A stretch of DNA of 45,507 nt, taken from contig DHPR01000033.1 of the NCBI GenBank assembly GCA_002410925.1, positions 454,397-499,903 on the forward strand, written 5' to 3'. The position numbers and the translations under genes were made by a program. Source of the DNA: a bacterium UBP13_UBA5359. GTDB lineage: Bacteria > UBP13 > UBA5359. Under the pieces are notes generated by a model, which was not told the origin of the DNA, did not search any database, and saw nothing but the letters and a program-made list of their open reading frames with translations. This document shows, in pieces, positions 1 through 9,641 of the stretch (position 1 is the stretch's first letter; every line of letters begins with the position of its first letter).

Positions 1-863
1 TAATCTGCATCCGAGCATTCGATATAGCCGCCTTGGTAGCCTCCGAATGTACCTGATGCCGTGCCGAACACCTTATCGGACGTTATGATCTTCGCCTGAC
101 CGCTTGCTCCGTCATGTGGTGTCCATATACGGCTGCGTTCATCCGTAAAGGCAGTGCTCTGATCCTCTCCATCAAAATGGAGTAAGGATACCCAATTCAA
201 TGTAAACGGTGAACCGATAACGTCGAACGCTACTCCGACAATCATATCCCGGGCAATATTGGCGATTGTGTAATGATCATCCGTTACCGGTATAGGTTCG
301 CCGGCAACATACAGCCCTTGAACCTCATATCCCTCACCCGGAGCAAATTGCAGAAGCAGACTTCCGCCTGCTTCCACCTGTATGGCACCGGACGGAGTAA
401 CGGTTCCCTGTCCCAGGGATACGGCGATCGTGACGGTGCGATAGAGGACCTCTCCTTCGTATAACTTCAATGACGCTGTATCCGTATAGGTATCATTATC
501 GTAATAAGTATCCGTCCCGATGAATCCGCCCCAGAGACTATACCTGGCAGTGCCGTTCTCCTTGATGTCAGTGCTCTCATCCACCATGTTGTATTCCGGA
601 TGCAGCGGGTATTCCATATGAGTACCAGTGTAGGCTATAGTCCATTCAGGGGTATAGACGTGAGCATATACCTTGGTCTCCGTCCATGTATGCATCTCAT
701 ACTCTGTGCCCTCATCATAGATAACAGGCTCGGTAGCATCAGAGCTTTGCAGCACATACGGGCCGTTTGCATAGGGATAGAGGTTGGCTCCATAAAACCA
801 GAGATCCGGTATTATTGCCGGCACACTGCCCTGTTTCTTGGGTATATAGATAATCCGTCCCAC
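1..863 (-). CDS. Virion adhesin/receptor-binding protein with InlB-B-like repeat and LamG/ConA-like domain (3' truncated by window; not in ORF track)
   Basis: Manual translation from GTG at 863 is open to the window edge: MGRIIYIPKK...TVTIAVSLGQGTVTPSGAIQVEAGGSLLLQFAPGEGYEV...VSLLHFDGEDQSTAFTDE...KVFGTASGTFGG. Confidence 0.75.
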   Translation of the reverse strand, partial: MGRIIYIPKKQGSVPAIIPDLWFYGANLYPYANGPYVLQSSDATEPVIYDEGTEYEMHTWTETKVYAHVYTPEWTIAYTGTHMEYPLHPEYNMVDESTDIKENGTARYSLWGGFIGTDTYYDNDTYTDTASLKLYEGEVLYRTVTIAVSLGQGTVTPSGAIQVEAGGSLLLQFAPGEGYEVQGLYVAGEPIPVTDDHYTIANIARDMIVGVAFDVIGSPFTLNWVSLLHFDGEDQSTAFTDERSRIWTPHDGASGQAKIITSDKVFGTASGTFGGYQGGYIECSDAD

Positions 864-864
864 G

Positions 865-1740
865 TTACACCTGCCTGTAATGGGCTGTAAGCTCCAGATC
901 GGCGCAATCCACCACATCGCTGATGACAACCGTCACCCGGTCGCCGTCGGCAAAGCCGGTGTCCAGGGCGGCGGATGCTATCACCTGCCCTACCTCCAGC
1001 GCACTATCAGGGACATCCACGCCGCCGATCTGCAATTTGACTGAGCAACTGCCGGCAGAGCAGGCCGCCGCGATCCTGGTCAGATGACCGGCTCCGTTGG
1101 CCCTGGTGGTCAGAGGCACAGTCTGCCCATCTGCAGCAGGCTCCTCGATGACCAGCTCCCATTCCAATTTTTGCTCGATCACCACTATGCCCTGCTGTCC
1201 ATTGACGGATAGGACATAATTGGAGTTTATGGACCGCTGCCAGATGGCGCCGTTGCAGATGATCCAGTCACCAACCTGGAATTCAATGTCGCCGCTGCCC
1301 AGGTTCCTGGTCCCGGCAACATTCACCAGGTATATGTCGCCCGTATCACCTATGCCGTCGGCAAGCTCCGGAGCATTTGTCGAGACATCCCAAGTGCCCT
1401 TGAACTCCATGATTGTGCTGGGCAGCCTACTGGCAGGAACCTTCTGTCCTATATCCAAATCGCATGTGCCGCCAGCGGCGCCCTTCTCGCTGGCCGGTAT
1501 TGCTCCCGTCTGGGCCGCCGTCACCTGGTGAGGATTATCCGTCCGGACATCATGAGCACCGTCTGTCAATTTGTCCAGCTCCGCCTTGTTGTCATGGCCG
1601 TGACGGGCGGCAGTGTTTTCCGCTATATCGGCATGGGTAAACTCGGTTTCATGCGCCGTCACCGCGCCATCCACATATATTTTGGTTGCCCCTGGGATGC
1701 GGTTCTCCTTGCCTGCCCCTATGATCTTATCTCCCATCAT
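865..1740 (-). CDS. Tail/whisker fibre-like protein
   Basis: Fibre motifs NPHQVTAAQTGA, KGAAGG..LD..KVP..LP, FKGTWDVSTNAP, VLSVNGQQG; start moved to MMGDK after GAGG. Confidence 0.7.
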   Translation of the reverse strand: MMGDKIIGAGKENRIPGATKIYVDGAVTAHETEFTHADIAENTAARHGHDNKAELDKLTDGAHDVRTDNPHQVTAAQTGAIPASEKGAAGGTCDLDIGQKVPASRLPSTIMEFKGTWDVSTNAPELADGIGDTGDIYLVNVAGTRNLGSGDIEFQVGDWIICNGAIWQRSINSNYVLSVNGQQGIVVIEQKLEWELVIEEPAADGQTVPLTTRANGAGHLTRIAAACSAGSCSVKLQIGGVDVPDSALEVGQVIASAALDTGFADGDRVTVVISDVVDCADLELTAHYRQV

Positions 1741-1741
1741 C

Positions 1742-2110
1742 TCACCTCGCCAGTTCTGTATAGCCTTTTTCGGCATACACCAGCATACGATCGTTGGCCC
1801 CGCCGTTGGCAGCCACACCGGCCGCATCGGTCAGCGCCAGGTAGATACGCGGCAACGCTGTCTCCGTCTTGATCCAGGGATCCAGGTTGATCACGGCCGT
1901 GCCGCCGTCTGTTATATAGCCCTCGGCGTTGGCCGGGCTGCAATCATCCTTGTCCTCTCCGTAATCGGCCCGGAAATACACCCGGCCGTTGGGGCTGGAC
2001 AGCAGATCCGCCTGCAGGACCATCCTGTTGAGTCCGGAGCAGTCCAATTCAGCCGTATCCACGCCTACCAACGCTATGGGCGCCGTAGGCCCTTTGTGTG
2101 CCTGTATCAT
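1742..2110 (-). CDS. Hypothetical virion-associated protein
   Basis: 122-aa ORF with strong RBS (AGGAGG), in operon between tape measure and fibre genes. Confidence 0.65.
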   Translation of the reverse strand: MIQAHKGPTAPIALVGVDTAELDCSGLNRMVLQADLLSSPNGRVYFRADYGEDKDDCSPANAEGYITDGGTAVINLDPWIKTETALPRIYLALTDAAGVAANGGANDRMLVYAEKGYTELAR

Positions 2111-2141
2111 AATGCTTTACCTCCTGGTAAAATTGCCGATA

Positions 2142-2169
2142 AATATTCCAGAAACATTCCTGGAATATT
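2142..2169. repeat. 10-bp inverted repeat (hairpin) downstream of tape measure gene
   Basis: AATATTCCAG-N8-CTGGAATATT. Confidence 0.6.
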
Positions 2170-2183
2170 CCATGTGAAATAAT

Positions 2184-3890
2184 CTAAGCAAAGGACCGCC
2201 GGCGCTCCTGGTCCTGCAGGCCCATGATGACCCGCTTAACTTCGGCGGCGATATCAGACGCCGCAGACCGCAGGCCCTCCGGGCTCTGACCCGCTCCGGC
2301 GTTGACGTTGACGTTGATGGTATAGCTGGCGCCCGCTCCGGCGCCGATGGCCGCCCCTGTCTGTCGCCACAGGGACACAGCCCTGTCGCGGTTGTTGGCC
2401 AGGGGTATGATAGCCTCCGGACCGGTTTCGCCGGCCCAGGTCAGAGTAGGCCGCCTGATGATGCCGCCCAGGGCATGCTTGGCCGGAGGCGTGCCTCCTC
2501 CACCAAAGGGCCAGAGTTTAGGCGGCTTAACCAGTTTCACCTTGTCAATGAGGCGACCGATCCAGCCAAAGGCCCGTTTGACGGCACCTGTTATTTTGTC
2601 CCAGTTTTTGGCTATCAGGGCGATGATGGCTACTATGGGAATGAAGCGCCCGGCACCCTGAGAACCAAAGCGGACGAACCACGCCCAGGCCCTACCAAGA
2701 GCGGCCACCACCTTATCCCAGTTCTTTACAAGGGCGTAGATAACCCCGATGAGGATCCCTATTCCCAACACCAGCAAAAATACCGGATTGGCAGTCATAG
2801 CCGCATTAAGCAGCCACTGTTGCGCAGCCAATATCTTCTGTGCAGCAGCAGTGGCCAGCATCCAGCCATACCAGAAGGCCATGGCGCCGGCCACTCCCAG
2901 AATAATCGGCCCCAGCCAGGACCAGTTCTTCTTCAGGAAATTGAATGTCTTGCTGCCGCCATTCCAGATGCCCAAAAATATGGGCGCGATCTTCCGGGCG
3001 ACGGCAACCATCTTGTCCAGCGCCTTAACGCCGCCGGCCATCTGTCCCGGCAGCTTCGGCCCCAGCCAGTTCAGCACCTTGGTCACCGCCGGCAGTACAC
3101 GCAGGCCAATCTCTTCCTGGAAGTCTCCCCAGGCATTCTTCAGCTGGATGACACGGCCCTCCGGTGTGTTGGCCATCTGCTTTGCCAGGTTGCCGTAGTT
3201 CTGCCCGATGACCTTTGTCATCATAGCCACCTTCTGCTCCTGGGTGCCAGTCTTTAAGATTTTCTCCTGATGCTTGTCAAAGGAAATGCCTACTCGCCGC
3301 AGCACCCCCACCTGGCCGGTGAAGACCTTGCCAAGCATGTTGGCGCTTTGCTGCATCTGTTCATTGCTGACATTGACGCCGTAGGTGCCGACAGCAAGGT
3401 CCGCCAGTGATGGCATCAGCTTCTGGATGCTTTTACTCTGCAGCTGATATGTCGCCAGCTGAGAGGCCCCGTGTACGGCAGTATCGTCACCCACGGTGCT
3501 GTAGTTCTGAATGGCCCCGGCCAAGCGCTTTACCTGCTCAATGTCCTTGGGGGTCGTGCCCCGGACGTTGTTCATGAGTGTCTGTAGGCGCTTCTCGGCG
3601 GCCAGGCGCTCATTGGTGTTTTGCGTGACAGACTTTATGGCAGCACCCATCTGCTGCACACCCACATAAGTAGCGGCAAAGCCTACCATTCCCTTGAATA
3701 CAGCCTTGGACATGGAACCGGAAGAGGCGGACGCCCTGGCGCTGGACTTGGCCAGGCTATCATTGGCGGCGTTAACCCGAAAGACATTCTTGCGGTATGT
3801 CTCAAGGTTTCTGGCCGCCTTGCCAAATGTGCCGGTATAGGACGGGTCCAGAACGCCCTTGAGCCTGGTTACCCAATCACGCGTCGCCAT
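2184..3890 (-). CDS. Tail tape measure protein
   Basis: Ala-rich helical protein with hydrophobic segments, NWDK repeats and C-terminal HALGGI..AGETGPEAIIPL; follows chaperone gene. Confidence 0.92.
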   Translation of the reverse strand: MATRDWVTRLKGVLDPSYTGTFGKAARNLETYRKNVFRVNAANDSLAKSSARASASSGSMSKAVFKGMVGFAATYVGVQQMGAAIKSVTQNTNERLAAEKRLQTLMNNVRGTTPKDIEQVKRLAGAIQNYSTVGDDTAVHGASQLATYQLQSKSIQKLMPSLADLAVGTYGVNVSNEQMQQSANMLGKVFTGQVGVLRRVGISFDKHQEKILKTGTQEQKVAMMTKVIGQNYGNLAKQMANTPEGRVIQLKNAWGDFQEEIGLRVLPAVTKVLNWLGPKLPGQMAGGVKALDKMVAVARKIAPIFLGIWNGGSKTFNFLKKNWSWLGPIILGVAGAMAFWYGWMLATAAAQKILAAQQWLLNAAMTANPVFLLVLGIGILIGVIYALVKNWDKVVAALGRAWAWFVRFGSQGAGRFIPIVAIIALIAKNWDKITGAVKRAFGWIGRLIDKVKLVKPPKLWPFGGGGTPPAKHALGGIIRRPTLTWAGETGPEAIIPLANNRDRAVSLWRQTGAAIGAGAGASYTINVNVNAGAGQSPEGLRSAASDIAAEVKRVIMGLQDQERRRSFA

Positions 3891-4047
3891 GGTTAGCCTC
3901 CTCTCCCAATTCGCTGTAGATCGCCATCCAGTAGAACAGGTCCATTATAGGCATCCCCTCTGCCTCCGGCAGGGATGTATACGTGCCCCGGCAGAAGACC
4001 AGTATGGCCCTGTCCAGGTCATGCAGGCTGCCTATGAGCCGAAAAAA
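3877..4047 (-). CDS. -1 frameshift extension of tail assembly chaperone (P2 gpE' / lambda gpT-like)
   Basis: Slippery T TTT TTC at 4047-4041; -1 frame reads FRLIGSLHDLDRAILVFCRGTYTSLPEAEGMPIMDLFYWMAIYSELGEEANHGDA*. Confidence 0.8.
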   Translation of the reverse strand, partial: FFRLIGSLHDLDRAILVFCRGTYTSLPEAEGMPIMDLFYWMAIYSELGEEANHGDA

Positions 4048-4397
4048 CCTACGGCCAGCCCCAGGGCCTGCGTGTAATCCCTGACGTCAAAGGAATCCAG
4101 CATCTCCGCGGGGATACCGGCCGCTTTGCAGAAGATCATCTCCTGCCCGTCAAGGTCCAACACCACGCTGGTCACCATGCCGGGCCTCTGCTTAGCCCAG
4201 TCACGGATATCCCGCCTGGTTATACGGCCAAAGTCATAAGGGATATCCTTATGTTCCTGACCCTCGAATGTGAAAGGGGCTCTCAGCTCGAGAACCCCCT
4301 TTGCCTCTATGCCCTGCGTCCTAGCCTCTGCCGCCTGCACATCCGCTGTTGCCGGCTGAACTTCCGCAGTTTCGTATCTCTCCATTTCCTCACTCAC
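4032..4397 (-). CDS. Tail assembly chaperone
   Basis: Between tube and tape measure; L..P...G motif and D.RDY...GFF C-terminus typical of Mu gp41/P2 E-like chaperones. Confidence 0.85.
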   Translation of the reverse strand: MSEEMERYETAEVQPATADVQAAEARTQGIEAKGVLELRAPFTFEGQEHKDIPYDFGRITRRDIRDWAKQRPGMVTSVVLDLDGQEMIFCKAAGIPAEMLDSFDVRDYTQALGLAVGFFGS

Positions 4398-4428
4398 GAC
4401 ATACCACCTTCCCCTTCCTGCTATGCCT

Positions 4429-4950
4429 CTACAGGCCCATGTCCGTTCTGACGCCTGCCAGGTAGTCCACGCCGTTCACCCGGTAGATCATGTTCAGCTT
4501 GTCCACCTCAATGGCCTCCTTGTTGTCCACAAAGAGCTTGAGGGCCGTGACCTCGAAGGTCAGCTGCGTATCCATGCCGGCGCCAGGCTCCAGCTTGCCC
4601 AGGTTGGTGCCCTTGGGCACGGCCGTCATATAGACCGCCAGCGGCTTGCTGGAGTATGTCCCCAAGCCCGTGTCCTGCACCTGTATGGCTGCCCGCACCA
4701 CCAGCTGGTGCGACCTGGGTTCAGAGAGCGTCGATATGTCTCCCTGCACCACGGTAAAGTCCAGCTGGCAGGTCATGGAGCCGAAATGCCCCAGGATGGG
4801 CACGTCCATTTCCCCGGCTATGCCCAGGCCCTTGAGGCCGTCCGTCAGCGGCTCCAGGTTGGGCAGCGTGACATTGGCTATGCCCAGCACCCTGGCGTTA
4901 TCCTCATAGACATGGGCGTTTATAAGTTTCTGTTTCAGTTCGTTGGCCAT
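4429..4950 (-). CDS. Major tail tube protein (P2 FII-like)
   Basis: 173 aa; VTLP, G.GIAGE.D.P..G and EVDKLN...VNGVD motifs; follows sheath. Confidence 0.92.
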   Translation of the reverse strand: MANELKQKLINAHVYEDNARVLGIANVTLPNLEPLTDGLKGLGIAGEMDVPILGHFGSMTCQLDFTVVQGDISTLSEPRSHQLVVRAAIQVQDTGLGTYSSKPLAVYMTAVPKGTNLGKLEPGAGMDTQLTFEVTALKLFVDNKEAIEVDKLNMIYRVNGVDYLAGVRTDMGL

Positions 4951-4963
4951 TTATCATCACCCC

Positions 4964-6439
4964 CTAAAATACGCCTTCATAGTAGGACGGGTCGAACTCC
5001 AGGCGCTCCACGATCTCCTCGGCGGGGCTGCTCAGTCCCACGTAGAGATGCAGGACCACCTTGCCGTCTATCATGTCGGCAATGGGGTTCTCCGTATCGC
5101 TGAAGACCACGCGGCCGCCCAGGATGGCTTCCGCTCCCTGCAGGCTGTTGAGCCAGGAGTTCTGGCTTTCCACGATGGTCTGTATCGTCCGCTTCCGGAT
5201 GGGATAATCCACCATCTGCAGCCAGGAGACGATAACCGTGTTGCCGATGTAATCCATCATCCTGCGGTTGGGGATGAAAGCGTCCTTGGGATCGGTGGAT
5301 GTCGGATAGACCGACGTCCTGTTGCCCCATACCTTCCACTGCCCCTGCAGGTTGATGGCAGTTACTACCCCGATACCGTTCAGGTCGTTGGCCTCATCAC
5401 GGCTCAGTATCACCTCGCCGCCGGCGGCATCCACCAGGCCGTTGCACTGCATACGGTTATTGGACGGGCTCCAGTAGGGTATGCCTCCGCCCTTCTCCGC
5501 ATCGGTGCGGGCGATAGCCCCGGCAACGTGCGAGGACATCCAGTAGGTGACGGCGGAGGTCCCGGATCCCAGCACCACCTTCGGCCAGCAGGGTATCAGG
5601 TGGGCGTCGCTATAGTTGTTGGTGCTCTTCCAGGATGTGACCTCTCCAGCGATATCCGCTCCTGCGGAAGTGCTGTCGATATCCGCTATGGCCACCGCCT
5701 TGAAGCCTCCGCCGTATCCGCCTGCCTTGGCCACCATGGCCGCCATGACGGTAGCATCGTGGCTCCAGCCGGGGGCAAGGATAAGCGTGGGGATCTTGGC
5801 ATAGAGAGGGTAAACATTCTCTATGGCCTCAAGGCCCGTCCGCACGTTGCTGGTGTCGCCGCCTATGATATCCGCCGCGGCCGTCTCGTCGCCCTCGATG
5901 GTCTTGTAGGCGATGCTGACGGTGGAGTCGGCGGCCGGTATGGTGCCGTCTGCCACACGAGTGATGACGATCTGACCGTCGTCATCGTAGGCGGCGGTAT
6001 AGTCGTCGCCCAGGACGAAAGCGTCACCCGCTCCACCCTCGGCCTTTACCACCAGGCTCTGCAGGACGGCGTCCTCATCGTCTATGGTGTAGGCTCCGGC
6101 CACCAGGTCCACGTCGGCAGCCGGCACAGCCGTGCCGTTGGTCACCGGGTCCAGCACATTGAGGATGACCACCGGCCCCACGTTATACAGGCCGAAGTAA
6201 ACTTTGGCGAACTCGCACAGGCTGAACTTGCTCCAGTCGGCACTGTAGCCGAAGGCGGCCACGAACTGATCGTAGCTGTAGCATACAACCGGCCGGTTGA
6301 TCTTATCCGACAGGTCCGCCTCCTCCGTCAGATGTATTGGCGCCGTGCCCACTACAAAGGGCAGGGCACTCTCCACCTGCACGGCTGGCAGAATACCCGT
6401 CGGCAGCTCATCTATGTAAATACCGTGTCTGTAACTCAT
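4964..6439 (-). CDS. Tail sheath protein (P2 FI-like)
   Basis: YRHGI start, VGTAP, TGLEA, SPSN, WGNRT, RR motifs. Confidence 0.95.
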   Translation of the reverse strand: MSYRHGIYIDELPTGILPAVQVESALPFVVGTAPIHLTEEADLSDKINRPVVCYSYDQFVAAFGYSADWSKFSLCEFAKVYFGLYNVGPVVILNVLDPVTNGTAVPAADVDLVAGAYTIDDEDAVLQSLVVKAEGGAGDAFVLGDDYTAAYDDDGQIVITRVADGTIPAADSTVSIAYKTIEGDETAAADIIGGDTSNVRTGLEAIENVYPLYAKIPTLILAPGWSHDATVMAAMVAKAGGYGGGFKAVAIADIDSTSAGADIAGEVTSWKSTNNYSDAHLIPCWPKVVLGSGTSAVTYWMSSHVAGAIARTDAEKGGGIPYWSPSNNRMQCNGLVDAAGGEVILSRDEANDLNGIGVVTAINLQGQWKVWGNRTSVYPTSTDPKDAFIPNRRMMDYIGNTVIVSWLQMVDYPIRKRTIQTIVESQNSWLNSLQGAEAILGGRVVFSDTENPIADMIDGKVVLHLYVGLSSPAEEIVERLEFDPSYYEGVF

Positions 6440-6720
6440 CAGACACTACCTCCTCTCGCATATTCACTCACCCTGCGGGCCGCCACGTTATAGGTGGTGC
6501 CGCGCTCTCCCATCAGGCGCCTGGCTTCCATATACTCTGCTATGGGTATCAGCAGGGTCCTGACGAACGGGCAGCCATCCTCACAGGGCAGCTTCTCCGG
6601 CATCGATGAATAGATGCGCGAACATGCCAGCCCCGGCAGGCTCGGCCCGATATAGATAAACGGCCCTCGCGGAGCCGCCTTACCACTTGTTGTCGTTATA
6701 CGTCTGGCCATGTTCGTCAT
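6439..6720 (-). CDS. Small conserved phage protein upstream of sheath
   Basis: IYIGPSLPG motif; overlaps both neighbours. Confidence 0.65.
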   Translation of the reverse strand: MTNMARRITTTSGKAAPRGPFIYIGPSLPGLACSRIYSSMPEKLPCEDGCPFVRTLLIPIAEYMEARRLMGERGTTYNVAARRVSEYARGGSV

Positions 6721-7285
6721 ATTCCTCCGTAATGCTGGGCGCTTCCAGCGTAATCTCCGCCGCTATGAAGTAGTGCGGCCAGCTCTCGGCCGGGTTCTCC
6801 GAGCTTCTCCAGGCAAATGGCGGCTTGATCCGGAAGTGGCCACCGTCCAGGAAGCGCTGCTGCAGAAAGCTGCGGCGCAGGATAGCGACCAAATCCGTAG
6901 CCTGCTGATAATCCTCCGCCTCCTCCATATAGACAGCAATCACGATATCCAGCTTGAGATCGTAACTCGGACCGCTCTCCGTATCCTCCTCCGTCCGATC
7001 GTTACCGTCCGTCAGACGCACCAGGATACAGGGTATATCCTGTTGATCCTCCTCCCGGTTGACGCTGGGATCCAAAAAGCCCTTCCTGATGCGCTCCGTA
7101 TCCAGCGGCACCAGAAGAGCCGGGCCGCCCTCGGGGTTGGCCGCCTTGAGCATCGGCCAGGCCGTACTCCCGCCTTCCAGCAGCACCCGGACAGCGGTCT
7201 CGATGCGTCGCAAAACCGCTTCCACCGCCAGGTTTTCATGTGCTCCGGCATAGTGCGGTCCGGGATATGTCGTAAGATTGTTCAA
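6680..7285 (-). CDS. Tail completion/terminator-like protein
   Basis: Position; PCILVR...G and WPHYF motifs. Confidence 0.65.
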   Translation of the reverse strand: MNNLTTYPGPHYAGAHENLAVEAVLRRIETAVRVLLEGGSTAWPMLKAANPEGGPALLVPLDTERIRKGFLDPSVNREEDQQDIPCILVRLTDGNDRTEEDTESGPSYDLKLDIVIAVYMEEAEDYQQATDLVAILRRSFLQQRFLDGGHFRIKPPFAWRSSENPAESWPHYFIAAEITLEAPSITEEYDEHGQTYNDNKW

Positions 7286-7875
7286 AATATGCTCACCTTT
7301 CCGCGGCCGGAGCCGTGACCCTGCAGGATACGGTCGATCTCATGCGCCATGTTTTTATTGAGCCGCTCCTGTGCCTGGCGTTGAATCTTGGCATCCACTT
7401 CATCGCTGGCCAGCATCTGCACCACCGCCGGACCGAAGTGTTTCTTAATGGGCAGGCGGTCCTTGCCTTTACGTGTAAAGACCTGCACTCCCCCGCCAAC
7501 GGTGGCGATAAAGCCGTGCTGCATTCGTCCGCCTTCATTCTTTTTGACAGTGACCTTCAGACCCTTCTTGGGCCTGACCCCGATGGTGCGCTTGGGCGTA
7601 ACCCGAAACTTTGACAGGGATATCTTGTCGTAAGTCCCTTTGAGTTCGGCCACCAGCTTTGTCTTGGTGGCTTTGGTGGTTTTCAGCACACGCAGGACAT
7701 CTTTGTGCTGGATGATATAGCTATTGCGAACCTCTTTTGCGGCATCGCTCTTTAATCCTGTAAGCGTCCTGTTCAATGCGGATGCCATGGCTCTGCCGGC
7801 CCCGTTCTTGATATGCGACAGTTCACTCAAAGCCCGTCGCATTTGCCGTTCATCAGCAACTATGCTTATCTTCAC
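7282..7875 (-). CDS. Minor tail protein Z-like
   Basis: Basic protein; ALNRT, FIA, VF.R.GK.RLPI..GPAV.QM motifs. Confidence 0.85.
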   Translation of the reverse strand: MKISIVADERQMRRALSELSHIKNGAGRAMASALNRTLTGLKSDAAKEVRNSYIIQHKDVLRVLKTTKATKTKLVAELKGTYDKISLSKFRVTPKRTIGVRPKKGLKVTVKKNEGGRMQHGFIATVGGGVQVFTRKGKDRLPIKKHFGPAVVQMLASDEVDAKIQRQAQERLNKNMAHEIDRILQGHGSGRGKVSIF

Positions 7876-8198
7876 GAAGATACCTTCTCCAGAGTCAGCA
7901 CCAGCATGCCCGCCTCGAGGGCCGTATCCAGCACCCGGTAAGACACACCATTGACGGAGATCTCCTTGCCGGCCTTTGGCCGGAACGGAATATCCGCCTG
8001 CGCCAGGTAGAGCTTGGAGGTATAGACCACCGTCCCGTCCGGGAAGGACAGCGCCTGTTTGTCGCTGCTGTCCTCATCCAGAACGGCCGGCACGGTGACC
8101 GGGGCTTCCCCGGCCACCGATATCAGCATATCCTCGGCAAACTCCTGAACGTTCAGAAACACTCCGGCGTCTGCCGCTACCTGATCCTTGAAGCCCAT
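7872..8198 (-). CDS. Head-tail joining protein (gpFII-like)
   Basis: FKDQVAAD...FLN..EFAE start; beta-rich 108 aa. Confidence 0.75.
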   Translation of the reverse strand: MGFKDQVAADAGVFLNVQEFAEDMLISVAGEAPVTVPAVLDEDSSDKQALSFPDGTVVYTSKLYLAQADIPFRPKAGKEISVNGVSYRVLDTALEAGMLVLTLEKVSS

Positions 8199-8199
8199 G

Positions 8200-8571
8200 T
8201 CACTCCTCCGCCGTGCCGCCTACCAGAGAAGGATCGATGCCCTCGGGCAGATCGATGTCCGCTCCCTTGGGGACAGGCTTCGGCGCCGTCTTTGTTTTGC
8301 TCTTGCCGGCAGGCTTCTTTGCAGCAGGTTTCTTCTTCCCCGGCGCCGCCTTCTCTACAGGAGCCGCTTTCCTTTCAGTCACCGCAGCCTCAGCCTTTAC
8401 AGTCTCCGCCACAGTGCCCTCCGGATCAGCACCGCTCTCTTCGCTCATCCTCAGGATGGCCCCTTTGCGCAGCAGATAATCCTCATGCCAGTCCGCGGGC
8501 AATCTCTCCAGGATGGTTCCGGGGTGGATTATCTCCACCCCGGACCGTATCTTGGTCAGCACCTTATACAT
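8200..8571 (-). CDS. Hypothetical head-associated protein with Lys/Ala/Pro-rich tail
   Basis: Follows capsid gene; start MYKV after GGGGGTG; low-complexity KKPAAKKP. Confidence 0.6.
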   Translation of the reverse strand: MYKVLTKIRSGVEIIHPGTILERLPADWHEDYLLRKGAILRMSEESGADPEGTVAETVKAEAAVTERKAAPVEKAAPGKKKPAAKKPAGKSKTKTAPKPVPKGADIDLPEGIDPSLVGGTAEE

Positions 8572-8581
8572 GGCACACCCC

Positions 8582-9598
8582 CTATTCCAGGACGGTGGCG
8601 ACGCCCCAGGAGTCGACATCCCTCAGGATCGGCAGCGGCCGGCTCTGCAGCTCGAAGTATTCTGCGTTGGATTTGGGATCCTCGAAGAAGCGAGGATAAC
8701 GGTCCACGCGGAAGCTGGCCTTCTTGACGGCGTCGTAGCAGGCGCCGTAATACATCTGGTAGCTGTTGCGCTCGGCACTGGGGAAGATGACCAGCTTCTT
8801 GGCCGGCACGTAAGCCGTGGCCGTGCCGTTCAGGTCATAAGTGGCGCTGTAGACGTAGAGCCACATATCGATGCGCGGGATATATCCCACGGATACGACT
8901 TCCCCGTTGGCGGTCATCTGCGGCTGCAGAGTGCCGGGCAGGATGTTGCGCTTGTCATACTCCGCCTGCACGGATGCACTGGCCATAAAGGCAGCATAGA
9001 CGTCGGCAGGCATAACGCAGGTATCGGGCATAACGCCATGAGATCCCACGTCCAGCTTCCAGGCGGCCAGATCATCGATCGGCTTGGCGGTGGCATCCGC
9101 CCAGTCGGGGTCGGCCGTATAGGTGTTGGTGAAGGAGAGGTCCAGCTCGTCGGCATAGCCATCGCCGGTCAGCGTCAGCTTGCCGGTAAAGAGCTGCTGG
9201 GCTACCATATACTCCTCCAGGCGGTCATGCATCTGGGTGAACTCATCCACCTTCAGCGCCAGATAAGCAGCCCGCCTGTCCTGGATGCCCATGCCGTTGT
9301 AATCCGGCTCCCCGGGCAGCCTCTTCTCCAGGTCTTCCTCGGTGACGATGTCACGCGGGGCCACCAGGGGAGTGGTGAAGTCCGTGCTGTCCCAGGCGGT
9401 CTTCTCCACCACCTTGCCGCCGATGCGCCGGGCCACTATGGGGGCCAGCTTGCGGCCACCCTTGTACATATCCACAGTGCACTTGGCAGTGTCGCTGAAG
9501 ATAGCCGAGCGGCCGCCAAAGAGCAAATTCCTCAGGAACCTGGGAGCCCTGGGGATGATCCTCACCGCCGCCAACATCATCTTGGTATATTCGTCCAT
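8582..9598 (-). CDS. Major capsid protein (lambda gpE family)
   Basis: 338 aa; FLRNLLF, KLAPIV, R.E...Q.L..GK, DW, QSRPLP motifs. Confidence 0.93.
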   Translation of the reverse strand: MDEYTKMMLAAVRIIPRAPRFLRNLLFGGRSAIFSDTAKCTVDMYKGGRKLAPIVARRIGGKVVEKTAWDSTDFTTPLVAPRDIVTEEDLEKRLPGEPDYNGMGIQDRRAAYLALKVDEFTQMHDRLEEYMVAQQLFTGKLTLTGDGYADELDLSFTNTYTADPDWADATAKPIDDLAAWKLDVGSHGVMPDTCVMPADVYAAFMASASVQAEYDKRNILPGTLQPQMTANGEVVSVGYIPRIDMWLYVYSATYDLNGTATAYVPAKKLVIFPSAERNSYQMYYGACYDAVKKASFRVDRYPRFFEDPKSNAEYFELQSRPLPILRDVDSWGVATVLE

Positions 9599-9641
9599 AT
9601 TACACCTCGCTTAAAATATAGATACTCCGGTATCTACCGGG

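Noticed and set aside
1-2110. Diversity-generating retroelement or invertible fibre cassette
   Set aside because: No reverse transcriptase, invertase or TR/VR repeat pair is visible in this window.
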